From Eledone cirrhosa (Eukaryota): DNA of 64,000 nucleotides. A program made the position numbers and the translations under genes. Below are positions 13,006 to 26,490 of the stretch, piece by piece; position 1 is the first letter of the stretch; each line of letters starts with the position of its first letter. The notes beneath the pieces are model-generated. The model worked only from the letters and a program-made list of their open reading frames with translations. It searched no databases and was not told the DNA's origin. The DNA lies in the NCBI GenBank assembly GCA_964016885.1, contig OZ024744.1, positions 14,074,001 to 14,138,000 on the forward strand, given 5' to 3'.

Positions 13006-13628
13006 CATTTATTTATTTTTTTATTTATTTATTTATTTATATGTGTGTATGTATACATGCATGTATGTGTAAGGATGTATGTATTTGGTTACATTGTTTA
13101 TATTTGTGCATGTGTATAACAAGATGCATCCTTTCATGGATGACTCTGTATGACCCATTGTGTAGATTTATATGACTCTGTGAGTATGTCATATTTGAGT
13201 ACGGACAGATATATGTATGTATATATGTATGTATGTATCCAATGATGTTGACTTGTTCTTCTTTTTGGTAAATAACATCTTGGTTAAGAGAGTGGGACTG
13301 GCTTTGTGCAGTGCCTTTGCTCACTATAAAAGCTTCACGGTACAGGCATTGCTTTATATCTGGAGATCTCTCTGCACTTGTCGTCACATGGTACCATGGG
13401 CCCAGCACTATGTGTCAATAATTGTCACAAGTGTAGTGTTTGTACCAGAGTTTTCAAGTCGCTGGCTGGACTAAAAAGTCACACTCGTTCAGCTCATCGG
13501 TAGGGCTCTCCTACATGGATATAAAGTAGTGGCCGTACTCGAAAACGAGTTGGCAGCCACCATGTATCTTTGTAGATGTACGTGAGCATGCAGGTAATAG
13601 GCGCGTATTTGTTTGAGTGTATATGAGC

Positions 13629-13671
<43 letters not shown>

Positions 13672-13690
13672 TGCACTTACTGTAGGGTAA
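11005..13690 (-). mobile_element. Truncated Neptune-type PLE (GIY-YIG at ~11996-12930) with an inverted copy of its 3' region
   Basis: CNCRAGTQCPLQG..LVYKC..TYIGAT..CNLCLYE. Region 11005-11360 is inverted at ~12960-13225 and 13562-13690. Confidence 0.85.
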
Positions 13691-13997
13691 GGGCTTGTTT
13701 GTGTGTACATTTATGTGTGTGTACATATACATATATATGTGTGTTTAGGAGCGAGTCTGTCTTTGTGCCTGTATGTACGGACACGTGTGTGCATGTGCGC
13801 ATGCGTGTCTATGTACGTGTTTGTGTATACGAGTAGATATACGCGTATGCATGTGTGTGCATATGTATGCGTGTGCGTGTGTGTGTGCGCGTGTGTCTGT
13901 GAGAGCTGATATACCTGGGCATGTAGGCAGGCGTCTGTGGACGCGTATGTTGTTATTTATATGGTTGTGTGCGTGTGTGTGTGTGTGTGTGTGAGTC

Positions 13998-14055
<58 letters not shown>

Positions 14056-14071
14056 CACATATATATATACC

Positions 14072-14104
<33 letters not shown>

Positions 14105-14445
14105 TTAATACAATAACAGAGATAGTTTAAAGCTAAACTCTGACTGGTAACCATCTCACTCAACAAACATTAGGTTATATTAAAATATAAACCCAATTTA
14201 AGTGTTTGGGGTGCTAACAATATGTATAATGTGGAAAAACCAGTTGTATTATTTTATGAGATATAATTAAAGTTAAAGTATATCTCTCTTTCCAAACAAT
14301 TGTTTCATTATAAGTTTTCTACAAGTTTGGGAGAATGTTTCCAGTTTATGTAGAAGCCTAATATATATTCATGTAAGAATATATTTAGGTGGGCACTTAT
14401 AAATCATCAGTGGAAGCCCATTAAACATTGATATAAGAAAACAAT
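14105..14445 (-). mobile_element. Solo PLE end next to (TA)n; diverged homolog of 6630-6985
   Basis: Shared blocks ccatctcactcaacaaacattagg, gtgtttggggtgctaac and tcatcagtgga. Confidence 0.7.
14290..14415 (-). ncRNA. Hammerhead ribozyme with a 97-nt branched domain II
   Basis: ttcca-CTGATGA-t ttataagt..acttataa t-GAAA-CAATTG-TT-tggaa. Confidence 0.85.
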
Positions 14446-14627
14446 TTCTTACCGCTGTCAAAAATCATGTCCGTAAAGTTGCTCTCTCTCACCTTGAATG
14501 ACCGCCAAATTTGAAATTCCATCAGTTTTTGACTGAGGAAGTATCATAGCGACACGAAGCGGGAAGGGGAGACAACCCACGATCCACGAAATGAGGAAAA
14601 AAATAATATATATATATATATATTATA

Positions 14628-14675
<48 letters not shown>

Positions 14676-15105
14676 ATATGTGTGTGTGAGTGGACTTGTG
14701 AAATACCAAAGCCAGCATGAATTTATTGAAGTGTGTCAGGCGGTGGGACAGCTGATGGCCAGTCTGACAGCAACTATTAGCCAGAATTTATGATGACGTA
14801 GAAAAACAACAGCCAACAGCAGGACAAGCGAGGAAGATGTTTTTTGACGCTAGTGAGAAAATTTGATCCGGAATTATTGCAAGTGTCCGACGAACCTGCA
14901 GTATCCAGAATCAGACAGATACATACAATGATCGCGTCTCGAGCTGTCTGCCGGCGAAACAATTGTAACACACAATAATTTTGAGTTCAGATGCATCACT
15001 GATTTTTCGTTTTATATTATATCACACTCTGCTCTGTAAGAACATAGAGTGCTCAACCGGCATACCGCCTATAGAAGCATCATAGCTACCATCAGACACA
15101 CACAC

Positions 15106-15230
<125 letters not shown>

Positions 15231-15258
15231 TGGTTACACAACAGTTAGTTCACCATAC

Positions 15259-15296
15259 CGAGAACAATTGTTTCACCTTAGCGGATCCTCACCTCG
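15259..15296 (-). ncRNA. Hammerhead-like motif, C3G variant
   Basis: cgag-GTGAGGA-t cc gctaa gg t-GAAA-CAATTG-TT-ctcg. Confidence 0.55.
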
Positions 15297-16397
15297 TAAT
15301 GGACATGGTTATACGGAACAGGAAGGACAACTGTACGAACGCGCATGCGCAGAAACCGGTCACTTCACACAGGCAATACTAAAATGCGTGCGAGATGTGT
15401 AAGGGAGATAACTGCGAAAGTCCGAAAAGTTTCTAATTGATAAGAAAATTATGATGTTGTAATTCAAACCGGAGCTATGTAGTTATGCAAGAGGTGTTTC
15501 GAGACATGTGGACAACGTGTGAAGAATTCATTTCTCGTGTTTATGCAATCACTATTGCATAATCTCTTTAGAATATTTATTCGTTCATCAATACATAGTC
15601 CACACGACAGATTTCCCCCTGCATATGGCTTGAACTTAGGGATGGCTTTCCATTGAATGGAGTAGTCTATACTTGAGTCCTTGAGGGACCATACGTGGCT
15701 CGCGAATTTTGTGGATGAACGTCTGTCCGGGTACCTAAAGGTCGACTGGTGTTTCAGGAAACGTTCTTTAAATCGGCCCTCCGCCATACCCCCATAGAAT
15801 TTGACCTCCTGTGGTTGATTTGGTCGGTTGGAAGTGACCACAGCTTCGTAAATTACAGCGGGTGTGTTGCATTGCTGTTGAAAGGGACAAGCTTCGGGCT
15901 TACGGCAAGAGCACCCTGGTGGGGTGGGCCTTCATGTTCTTAGCGCAGTCAACTTTTAGGTACTCGGACAGACGTTCATCCACGAAACTCTCGAGCTCCG
16001 TATGGTCCTTCAAGGACTCAAGTATAGACTACTCCATTCAATAGAAAGCCATCACTAAGTCCAAGCCATACGCAAGGGGAAATCCGTCGTGTGGACTATG
16101 TATTTATGAACGAATAAATATTCTAAAGAGATTATGCAATAGTGATTGCCTAAACACGAGAAATGAATTCTTCACACGTTGTCCACACGTCTCGAAACAC
16201 CTCTTGCATAATTACAAAGCTCCGGATTGAATTACAGCATCATAATTTTCTTATCAACTAGAAACTTTTCTGACTTTCGCAGTTTTCTCCCTTACACCTC
16301 TCGCACGCATTTTAGTATTGCCTGTGTGGAGTGACCGGTTTCTGCGCATGCGCGTTCGTACGGTTGACCTTCCTGTTCCGTATAACCATGTCCATTA

Positions 16398-16435
16398 CGA
16401 GGTGAGGATCCGCTAAGGTGAAACAATTGTTCTCG
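16398..16435 (+). ncRNA. Hammerhead-like motif, C3G variant (mirror copy)
   Basis: Identical to 15259-15296. Confidence 0.55.
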
Positions 16436-16539
16436 GTATGGTGAACTAACTGTTGTGTAACCACTTCTACCTAACTCGTCCCATCGACTGAGTGCTCTAC
16501 CACTACGGATATTACCTTCCAGTGTTCCCCCACTATATA

Positions 16540-16609
<70 letters not shown>

Positions 16610-17291
16610 CAAAGACGATTGGTTAAACCTTCATTACGTTTATTGGTTGGTGACGTGCGTTTCGTTATTGATCAGCTCAAAGTTTCATCTGTATCGATCT
16701 GGCCCGACTCTGAAATGAAAAACTCGTCGGACCTCTGTTGTATTAATGACAGAATCAATATACATGGCATATAAAAAGTCTAAGGTGGGTCAGTTTGTGT
16801 TGTTTTGATTGGTGGGTTAGTTATGAGGAATGTTTTAGCATGTATGATAGGTGTGTGTGTGGGGGGGGGGTTAGTGGTGAGGAGTAAAGGTTGACGTGAG
16901 TTGGCGGGTGTGGTGTTTTGGCTTGTCCAAGACATGCCGGCGTGTACGTGGTGAAGTTGTGGTGCTGTGTGTGGTGTGGTTGTGGTAGGGATGTGCGTGA
17001 TATGAGATGAAAGACTGCGGTGTTTTACTATGGCTAGTGGGTAGAGTGTCCTGTTTAGACATCGTTAAAGGGGACATGCGCTATAAGGAATTAATGAGGT
17101 GATGGGAGTGGTATGAGGTTAATATATAAATATATATATGGAAAAGAGTGAAACGAAATTTCATTTCTCACTCTTAGTACGGCTGATACTTAAATATAAG
17201 TATGTATACAGACGTACAGTAGTATGTATATATATATATACATACATGCACACACACATATATATATATGTACGTATGGCTTTACTGAACA

Positions 17292-18765
17292 TCTATATAT
17301 ATAAAACTGAGGATGTCTGTCTGTGTGTGTGTGAGTTCGAATCCCTAAAACTCGAGAACCACCCAACCTACTGTTTTCAAACTTCACACATGTAATACTT
17401 ATGTTTCAGGGAGTGTTCTGAGCGAAAGAAATTTCAAATTTCCAATACCCTAGGGACCGCATTAGGCGATTTAACGATCTCGCTCTATAATTCTTAGTCT
17501 TTCTCTTTTTAGATAGATACATACATATAACGTCGCGCCCTTATATTATCTGTCTGTATGTCTGACTGTCTGCATTACGTCAGCAATACTAAGCTTAGCT
17601 AAGGCGGTTATATATTTCACACAACACTAAAAATGAAAGCCAGTAACTATGTATTAGTCAGTCTCTTCTTCATACCGTGAGCAAAGAAAATACAACTTTT
17701 AGTGGAGCGAGTGAAATAAAGTCGACCCTGCTGCGATTCAAAAATCAGGTTTGCAGGTTATATATTTCACACAACGCTAAACATTAAAGCTGGTAAAGAA
17801 AGACATCGCTGCAATAGCTTCAGTTTGTTTACTTACGTGCCTTTACGGGAACAACAGTTACTATTTTACCGCTTAGTATTGTAGAGAAGCAGCAAACCGA
17901 CTGTTTTCAAACTTTACACATGTAATACTTATGTTTCAGGAAGTGTTCTGAGCCAAAATAATTCAAATTTTCAATGCCCTAGAGACCGCATTAGGCGATT
18001 TAGCATCTCGCTCTATAATTCTTAGTCTTTCTCTTTTTAGATAGATACATACATATAACATCGCGCCCTTGTATTATCTGTCTGTATGTCTGGCTGTCTG
18101 CATTACGTCACTTCCCTGAGGATGTCTGTGTGTGTGTGTGTATGTGTGTGTGTGTGTGTGTGAGTTTGAATCCCTAAAACTCGAGAAATACCCAACCGAT
18201 GTTTTTCAAACTTTACATGTGTATTACTTATGTTTCAGGGAGTGTTATGCACATAAAAATATTCAACTTTTTTTTTATCTCCTAGGGCCTGCATTAGGTG
18301 AAAAACTGCATTTTAAAAGATTTTTAGGGGTTTTTTGAGGCGTTACGTCAGATCGATTTCCTTGAAATTGTAACTATGTATTAGTCAGTCTCTTCTTCAT
18401 ACCGTGAGCAAAGAAAATCCAGCTTTCTTATGGCCTAGGTCCCGCATTAGGTGAAAAACTTCATTTTTTTCTGCTTCTTAGGGCTTTTTGGAGGCGTTAC
18501 GTCTAGCCGATTTTCCCGAAATTTAAAGGAATATTATGCACACAAAACAAAATTCCTTTTCTTGATCCCCTAGGGCCCGCATCAGGTGAAAACCTGCATT
18601 TTTCCTGCTTCATCGAGGAAAATCTTAAAGATTATCCAGCCATCAGTGTATTCGGTTTATTTTCTTTACAGATTGTCCAGGCATGCAGTTTTTCCACGAT
18701 TAGGTCTGATGGCGGCCCGCGTTCCAAAATACCTTATCCCGTACAACGCCGGGTACCACTGCTAG
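17292..18765 (+). mobile_element. Non-autonomous Helitron with internal duplications
   Basis: A|TCTATATATATAAAACTG...CCCGtacaacgcCGGG..CTAG|T. The empty site is visible in the inverted copy at 19131-19273. Region ~17370-17580 is repeated at ~17900-18110. Confidence 0.9.
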
Positions 18766-19273
18766 TTTATTATAATGTTCGGTTTGTTTGTAAACAAACA
18801 GCCCGAATTACGCCGTACAGTGTTCGGCAACCATCGTTGCCCTTTTGTTCAACACTGACAAAGGAACGATGAACTAGTTTCAAGCTTATTAGCTATCGTC
18901 AGCATCGTATACCTTCCTGTCAGATGATTGAACGTTTGAAAGTATATACTTTCCTTATGCATATTAACGGCTGACCAGCTTAATTTGCATATCGAGTGAG
19001 TTAATCGGCCGGGTGTACCGAAAACGATAAATGGAAAAGAATGAAACGAAATTTCATTTCTCACTCTTAGTACGGCTGTTACCTAAATATAAGTATGTAT
19101 ACGTACATACATATATATATACAGACGTACAGCTTGAAACTAGTTCATCGTTCCTTTGTCAGTGTTGAACAAAAGGGCAACGATGGTTGCCGAACACTGT
19201 ACGGCGTAATTCGGGCTGTTTGTTTACAAACAAACCGAACATTATAATAAATGTTCGGTAAAGCCATACGTAC
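18766..19273. repeat. Inverted repeat: (17270-17291 + 18766-18885) versus 19131-19273
   Basis: Near-perfect reverse complement; the left arm is interrupted by the Helitron. Region 17138-17220 is also directly repeated at 19031-19131. Confidence 0.85.
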
Positions 19274-19639
19274 ACACATATATATATATATGTGTGCATG
19301 TATGTATATATATATACATACTACTATATGTCTGTATACATATATGTATGTACGTATACATACTTATATATATATACTAGCAGTTTAGCCCGGCGTTGCT
19401 CGGGTTTGTTCATTTGCTATGAAAAGTTACATACAGGTAAACGTGGTTTGAAAGCGAATAAGCTTATCAATTAAGTGCATAAAGCAGTTGAACCGGTTAT
19501 TAAAAGTTACGAACCAATTAGCATTTTGGTCAATCAATGATGGGTTAATAATCTTCCAATAGCGAATTTAGTAGACCGGGAATTGTGATCGCCGGAAATC
19601 GAACAGGATATCTGACGCCGAGGGGAAAAGGTTCATCCT

Positions 19640-21399
19640 TGGAATGAAAACATTCTTCCCTCTTCCGCACCCCGTTACAATGGTGACCTCAATCAAGTGG
19701 GTGTCAGTGACTTGACGACCATGCGAGTACCGTTGCACTGCTTTGGTGGACGCAAGTTCCTTATTAGCATAATGGGACAGCCAACCCTAAGCTTAATAAT
19801 GTGAGGTGGGAGCCCTGGGGGCTTAAGGAGATTTAATAACTCAACTGGATAATTAACGATATCGTCGGGGTCTGATTTGAAGATGTGCTCTTTACCGGGA
19901 ATCATCTCAATCAGCTGCTCGTTAATAAAATTAACCATGGTATTTTTCGGAGCAAGGATCGCTCTTTCGTTGAGCCAATCGAGGTTTTTAAAGTTAGATG
20001 AGACATTAGGAAAAACTGCTTCCCAAAGGTCAGAAGGGCTGCTCACAATGTTGTACAGGGTGTCGATTGCTATGCCGCCCTTGTCATCCGCAGGGATCTT
20101 GCCCTCACCAAGTGCTAAAATGTTCTGTGCTGCAGACATGTTGTCACCATGCAAATGAGCACGCACATTTGTGCTCAGGTACAAACTATTCACCTGGAGC
20201 CACAACATGGACGACTTAAGACAGGCACGCACTTCATCAGCTCTTGTCCATTTTGGGATGACAGGCAGCGTTTTCCGAAAATCCCCTGATAGCAGAAGAG
20301 TTACGCCACACATAGGAGCCGTAGAATCCCTAATGTCTTTCCGGGCCTTGTCCAATAATCAAGGGCACCCTTGTGTGCCATTGTGCACTCATCCCAAACA
20401 ATGAGGCAACATCTTTTGAGAACCATAGCTTTGTGTGAACTCTTGCTGATATTGCATGTTGGTGTCTCAGTTTTTACTAAACCCAAAGGGAGTTTAAAGG
20501 TTGAATGTGCTGTCCTGCCTCCCGGCAGCAAAGTAGCAGCGATCCCGGACGATGCAACGGACAACGCAACTTTTTTCTCCTGACGAATCTTAGCGAGAAT
20601 CAAATTCGTTACAAAAGTTTTTCCGGTACCCCCAGGATCGTTTTTTATTGGGGGATCAGGGTTTTTTTTTTGACCTTGAGGTATAACCAGTCAGTAGTTC
20701 CTTCAAAGGCTCTGACGGTTCCGTAAGAGGGGGCAAGATGACCTTACCGTTTAAGCAGCACATTGCAGGTAGTTCCCCAGCCCACTTTGTAGCATTGCAG
20801 AATTGGCAATTGAAGCGCATCTCGCCTATATTTATGTCAGAGCGCATCGAGTAATTAACGTTTTGCTCATACTTGAAAGCCCGTAGGTGCCAGTAAGGGC
20901 TGTTGGGGCTCGTCACACCGCGTGAAGCTTCTCGCCGTCGACTGTTACGCTTGAACGTAGAACATTGGTCGTGTGGTTGGTGGGAAGGTCTGGCAGCAAT
21001 AGCAGAAGCAACATTTTCAATGCTAATGGACCGCCCGTCTGCATCTTCAGAAGCCATGGAAGTAGTCATAGCCGCAGCGTTCGTAGGAAGGCGAGCCGTC
21101 CGTTGTTTTAAACGTTCGAAAGACCTGGAAGCAGCATTAGTCGCATCGTTTCTAGCCAGGCGCTTCGACCTTTGTTCACGGCTCTCTGAAGCCCTGGAAG
21201 AAGCCTGGTATGAAGCCATTTTGGCTAGGCGTGCGGTGCGCTGTTGGAAACTTTCAGCGGCTCGACATTCTGCTGAACATAAGGCTGTCTGTGAAAGTCT
21301 TGAAGCATTTTCCTCAGAGGACTCGTTTGCTATAGTAGCCTTTTGCGCCACTGCTGACGCGGTATGTCGACTGAGGTGACTTCTCTATTTAGGTGGCAT
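19640..21399 (-). pseudogene. Helitron RepHel remnant: N-terminal Zn motif fused to a Pif1-type helicase; Rep domain missing
   Basis: MPPK*RSHLSR start and CQFCNATKWAGELPAMCCLNGK, then PGGTGKT, VASSGIAATLLPGGRTAHS, IVWDE, SGDFRKTLPV, RAILAPKN and CNGTR. Confidence 0.9.
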
Positions 21400-21784
21400 T
21401 TTATGTCCAAAAGAAAGGGTGAAAGTTACTTCTACAGGAAAATTGACTTTGAAAGTCTACTGTCTGTTTATGAATATTGTTATTGTTGTTGTGATACAAA
21501 TGTTAGTAAGTAAATGGGTATCGAAAAATAAAGGGTGAAAGTTACTTCAACATAAAAATTGACTTTGAAAGTATAAGGCTGATAATTGAATGCAAAAAGA
21601 TTGATAAGAAAGGCCACCCAAAAAAATTTACAGGTATTTGTATGTGTGTATTTTTATGTCGAAAAGAAAGGGTTAAAGTTACCTCTACAGAAAAATTTAG
21701 TTTGAAAGTGTAAGGCCGATGTGTGTGTAAATTAAATGACAGGTATTTGTATGTATGTGTGTATATGTATGTATGTGTGTATAT

Positions 21785-21871
21785 GTATGCATGTATGTAT
21801 GTATGTATGTATGTATGTATGTATGTATGTATGTATGTATGTATGTATGTATGTATGTATGTATGTATGTA
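21785..21871. repeat. (ATGT)n microsatellite
   Basis: Direct reading. Confidence 0.95.
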
Positions 21872-23095
21872 TTAAAGGTTGAAAGTTACTTCAACATAAA
21901 AATTGACTTTGAAAGTATAAGGCTGATAATTGAATGTAAAAAGATTGATGAGAAAGGCCCCCCCAAAAAAACTTTACAGGTCTTTGTATGTATGTGTGTA
22001 TTTTTATGTCGAAAAGAAAGGGTTAAAGTTACTTATACAGAAAAATATAGTTTGAAAGTGTAAGGCCGATTGAAAAACTTACAGTTTAGTAAATGAAAGT
22101 CAGCTTCGAAATGGAGTTTGAACGCGCTAATACAAACACACACACTCTTTATCATAATATGCTATTGTTATTTCTAAAACAAACTGTGTATGCGTTGATT
22201 GATTGAAATTCCCGCGTTCCTGTTTCTATGACGTCAATCGTAACCATACCAACATATATGTGTGTGTATGTACCCACATATATGTGTGTATATGTTTTTT
22301 TCAATGTTTCTCTTTTTCACAAACACTTATAAGAGAAGGTAGCAATTTTAAGGGGAGGTGATGAAGGGAGTAGATATAGGAAACGTATATCATATGAGAG
22401 AGGAGAAATCATCGATTGTTGAAATAAATCGATTTTTCCGTAATTGGGGCATTTTTTACCCAATAAGTTCGCCCATGACCCATGTTAGAATATTTGTAAA
22501 CATTCTGCTTAATTATTCATTCAATATTTTTGGAATTGTGTAAATGTATAAAATTGAAACATACATACAGACACAAAAATCTGCCTTTTATAGATAATGA
22601 TATATATATATAGGAAAATGTTTAACCCCGACGGCAGAGCTCAAACCGTTTCGACGGCTATTTCTGGACTCTATGTAAATTATTTTATTTTATTTTTTAA
22701 ATGTTTGCTTACTAGCTCTATACGGACGTTAAAATTGATTAAATAAATAATGTTGACGGCGGCATTAGTCTACTTGAAACTAATATACAGTAGGTGTTAT
22801 ATGTTAAAGGTGCTGAAGTAAATCTTTAAAGAGAGTCATTTGTCATGTAAAACGTGACAGAAAAGTTATTACAACTTATTGTTTTGTGTGTGAGGTATGA
22901 GAGTCTGTAGTAATGTTTGCCAAGTAAATCGCCTTCTATTACAAACATTTAGAACTTGTTCAACCTATCCAAATCACTTTAAATATCGCCGTCATCTCTT
23001 CATAATACTCACAGTTCAGAGAAGAACTGAGGAAATAACAAGGGAACACAACAATGGGAAGATTTCTTCTTTTTATTAACATTATCTTTGGTAGG

Positions 23096-23539
<444 letters not shown>

Positions 23540-23591
23540 CTAGAAACAGATGTGTCTATGGAATTGTAGGCCATTATACCATGTATAATTG

Positions 23592-23712
23592 TTTCTACTT
23601 TTGGCACAAGGCCAGCAATTAGCCCAGTACATTACTGGTACTTTATTTTATCGACCCGGTAAGGATGAAAGGCAAAGTCAACCTCGGCGGGATTTGAACT
23701 CAGACCGTAAAG
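23592..23712 (-). mobile_element. Octopus-type tRNA-derived SINE fragment
   Basis: Minus strand reads gagttcaaatcccgccgaggttgactttgcctttcatcc..gtcgataaaataaagtaccag, with a B-box-like GTTCAAAT. Homologous to 33062-33135. Confidence 0.7.
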
Positions 23713-24013
23713 GGGCGTAACTAGGTAAATGGTATATAAAGTATGTATTTTTAAACTTATATGATTGATGATGTGAAATGAAATGCATTGAGCTTTATAC
23801 TGAGAAACATTATTGATACATATTTCATGTATTAAAACTAAAATTAGTATGTATGTATATATATATAAGATACAAAGCTTTTTCAGCTTTTGTTTACAAA
23901 CAGCGGAGAATTTGAAATTAGATAGTGAAAATAGTGCCTCCGTTGTATTTATGACTAAGTAAATTAGTAGGCTAATTTACTTATATATATATATACTTTA
24001 CTTATATATATAT

Positions 24014-25010
24014 AAGCTGACCTTAGTCCAGCTAAGGCAGGAAACATCCACAGAAGCAAGGGAAAGTTAGAAGGTCTCAAAACATTTACAGATTACATAT
24101 AGATGGCAACAAAAATCTCTGCACAACCATTCCTACTTCGCATTCAAGATGCTGATGTAGACCAAGTACAAACCCATCAGCGGCTCCCTCTGCGAAGTAG
24201 GAATGGTTGTGCAGAGATTTTTGTTGCCATCTATATGTAATCTGTAAATGTTTTGAGACCTTCTAACTTTACCTTGCTTCTGTGGATGTTTCCTGCCTTA
24301 GTTGGAGTAAGGTCAGCTTCATTATTTAAGTATGTCTTCAGGTTTTACTTCTTTCCTGAAATTTCCTGTCGCTTTCAGTACTGAATGGAGTTTCTTCTGA
24401 TTATCATGTTCTCTCACTAACACCGTTATCCAGTCATTCGTACTCTCTACGTACATTTGTAAGTCTATTGTAGTTATTTTATATGACAGTTCCAGTTTGA
24501 CTAGTCCTCTTACTCTTTTTTTGTCTTTGCAAATATATGAGATCTACGTCTGCATTGGGGTGGTGCATTTTGTTGATTGTAAGGAGTTTTCGAGTTTAGG
24601 AGTCCATTCTTTGAAGATCAGATAAGTTCCAATTGATGTTATAACTGTATCGTACCACTGGTACAGCTAAGGTGTTTATAACCTCAAAACGTTTTTTTTT
24701 ATTTTTTAGAATTTAGTTCAGTTATCAGGATCAGCCTTACTCTTCTGCAATATTATTTCTGTATTTTCTCTTTCATTTGATTGTATTTAATTCCATCACC
24801 TTCGTTTATGGCGAGATATTTATAGGTCTAACTCTGGTATGGTCGTATCTATATTGAGTTTAACAGGTGATACTTTTGTTAGCTTTACTCCTTTCAACGT
24901 TGCTTTGGTATAATTGTCAAGACCAAATTCTATGCCATATTATTGCTAAATTGCTTCTCATTTTTAGCATACAATTTTAGGCCATCCATAAAAAACAAAT
25001 GGTCAATGAT
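24014..25010 (-). mobile_element. R4/Dong-type LINE RT fragment with a 129-bp fold-back at its 3' break
   Basis: Motifs IIDHLFFMDGLKLY, EFGLD, INTLAVP and MHHPNADVDLIYL. Arms at 24014-24142 and 24191-24319. Confidence 0.8.
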
Positions 25011-25957
25011 CTTATTGTACTGTTCATCTTATACCCGTATCTTATTGTTGCTGTTCACCTTATACCCGTATCTGATTGTACTGTTCATCTTATACCCGTA
25101 TCTTATTGTTGCTGTTCACCTTAAACCCGTATCTTATTGTTGCTGTTCACCTTATACCCGTATCTTATTGTTGCTGTTCACCTTATATCCGTATCTTATT
25201 GTACTGTTCACCTTATACCCGTATCTTATTGTTGCTGTTCACCTTATACCCGTATCTTATTGTTGCTGTTCACCTTATACCCGTATCTTATTGTTGCTGT
25301 TCACCTTATATCCGTATCTTATTGTACTGTTCACCTTATACCCGTATCTTATTGTTGCTGTTCACCTTATACCCGTATCTTATTGTTGCTGTTCACCTTA
25401 TACCCGTATCTTATTGTTGCTGTTCACCTTATACCCGTATCTTATTGTTGCTGTTCATCTTATATTCGTATCTTATTGTTGCTATTCATCTTATATTCGT
25501 ATTTTATTGTTGCTGTTCACCTTATACCCCTATCTTATTGTACTGTTCATCTTATAACAAAATACTAGTGTGTATGAATGTAACAAGGAGACGTTTCGTT
25601 TGGGTGTATAATATTTAATTAACAATTTGTGGATATATAGAACAGTATAGTTGACATGTCAATGAATAGATGAAAGAATGAAGCAAAGTTATTAGTTACC
25701 GTTTTGGTTGCCTGGCAGAAGACGCCTGGCGAAGGCCAGGCGCCGGAAAGGCAAATGAGAGAGAGAGAACTTAAAGTTGTTAGTTTTATAGGGTTCTGAC
25801 CGGAAGTTACAGAAAGGGTTCTACTTCCTGTCTAGAGAGCGTTAATCTATTGGGGATGCGAGTGTCACAACAAGGGAGGCAACTCCTGCTACAATCTTAT
25901 ACCCCTATCTTATTGTTGCTGTTCACCTTATACCCGTATCTTATTGTTGCTGTTCAC
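25010..25957. repeat. 30/31-bp minisatellite (~18 + 2 units), interrupted at 25557-25893
   Basis: Unit tcttattgttgctgttcaccttatacccgta, with a variant tcttattgtactgttcacc... Confidence 0.95.
25579..25893 (-). mobile_element. Putative solo LTR (315 bp)
   Basis: TGTAACAAGGAG...CTCCTGCTACA inverted termini; TATAAAA and ATTAAA on the minus strand; no clean TSD. Confidence 0.45.
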
Positions 25958-26140
25958 GTAATATAGTCACGCGGAGTATTATCATAAATGATAGTGATTT
26001 ATAATTTGAGGAAGATTTGGTTGCCATTATTTATTTTAATCACCGTATTTTACGATTTATAAGACACACTTTCTTTTCCAAAAATGTCCCGAAAATCACC
26101 CTACATCATATAAGGTGAAGGGTCAGTTTGTGTTACTGGT

Positions 26141-26490
26141 TAGTGGAGTTCTAGTGCCACAGTGGTCCTTAAGTTAAACCACAATAGCAACTAGTGGAGT
26201 TCTAGTACTGCAGTGGTCCTTAAGTTAAACCACAATAGCAACTAGTGGAGTTCTAGTGCCACAGTGGTCCTTAAGTTAAACCACAATAGCAACTAGTGGA
26301 GTTATAGCGCTGCAGTGGTCCTTAAGTTAAACCACAATAGCAACTAGTGGAGTTCTAGTGCTGCAGTGGTCCTTAAGTTAAACCACAATAGCAACTAGTG
26401 GAGTTCTAGTGCTGCAGTGGACCTTAAGTTACACCACAATAGCAACTAGTGGAGTTCTAGTACTGCAGTGGTACTTAAGTTAAACCACAA
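26141..26490. repeat. 51-bp tandem repeat, ~7 units
   Basis: Unit ctagtggagttctagtgctgcagtggtccttaagttaaaccacaatagcaa. Confidence 0.95.

Larger units (their letters stand above)
19377..22600 (-). mobile_element. Internally deleted Helitron
   Basis: 3' end CCCGagcaacgcCGGG..CTAG|T; putative 5' A|TC at 22600; RepHel remnants inside; subterminal repeats at 21400-22070. Confidence 0.85.

Noticed and set aside
13440-13505. Hammerhead on the minus strand (CCGATGA-gctg..cagc)
   Set aside because: GAAA is not adjacent to stem II, and no stem I can be formed.
16649-16733. Extended hammerhead on the minus strand (ggt-CCGACGA-gtt..aac-GAAA-cgcacg-TC-acc)
   Set aside because: Only 3-bp stems; it cannot be distinguished from chance without a consensus.
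24943-25618. Three overlapping hydrophobic repeat ORFs
   Set aside because: Artefact of a stop-poor minisatellite.
26141-26490. CRISPR-like regular repeats
   Set aside because: Head-to-tail 51-bp units with no unique spacers and no cas genes, in a eukaryotic context.
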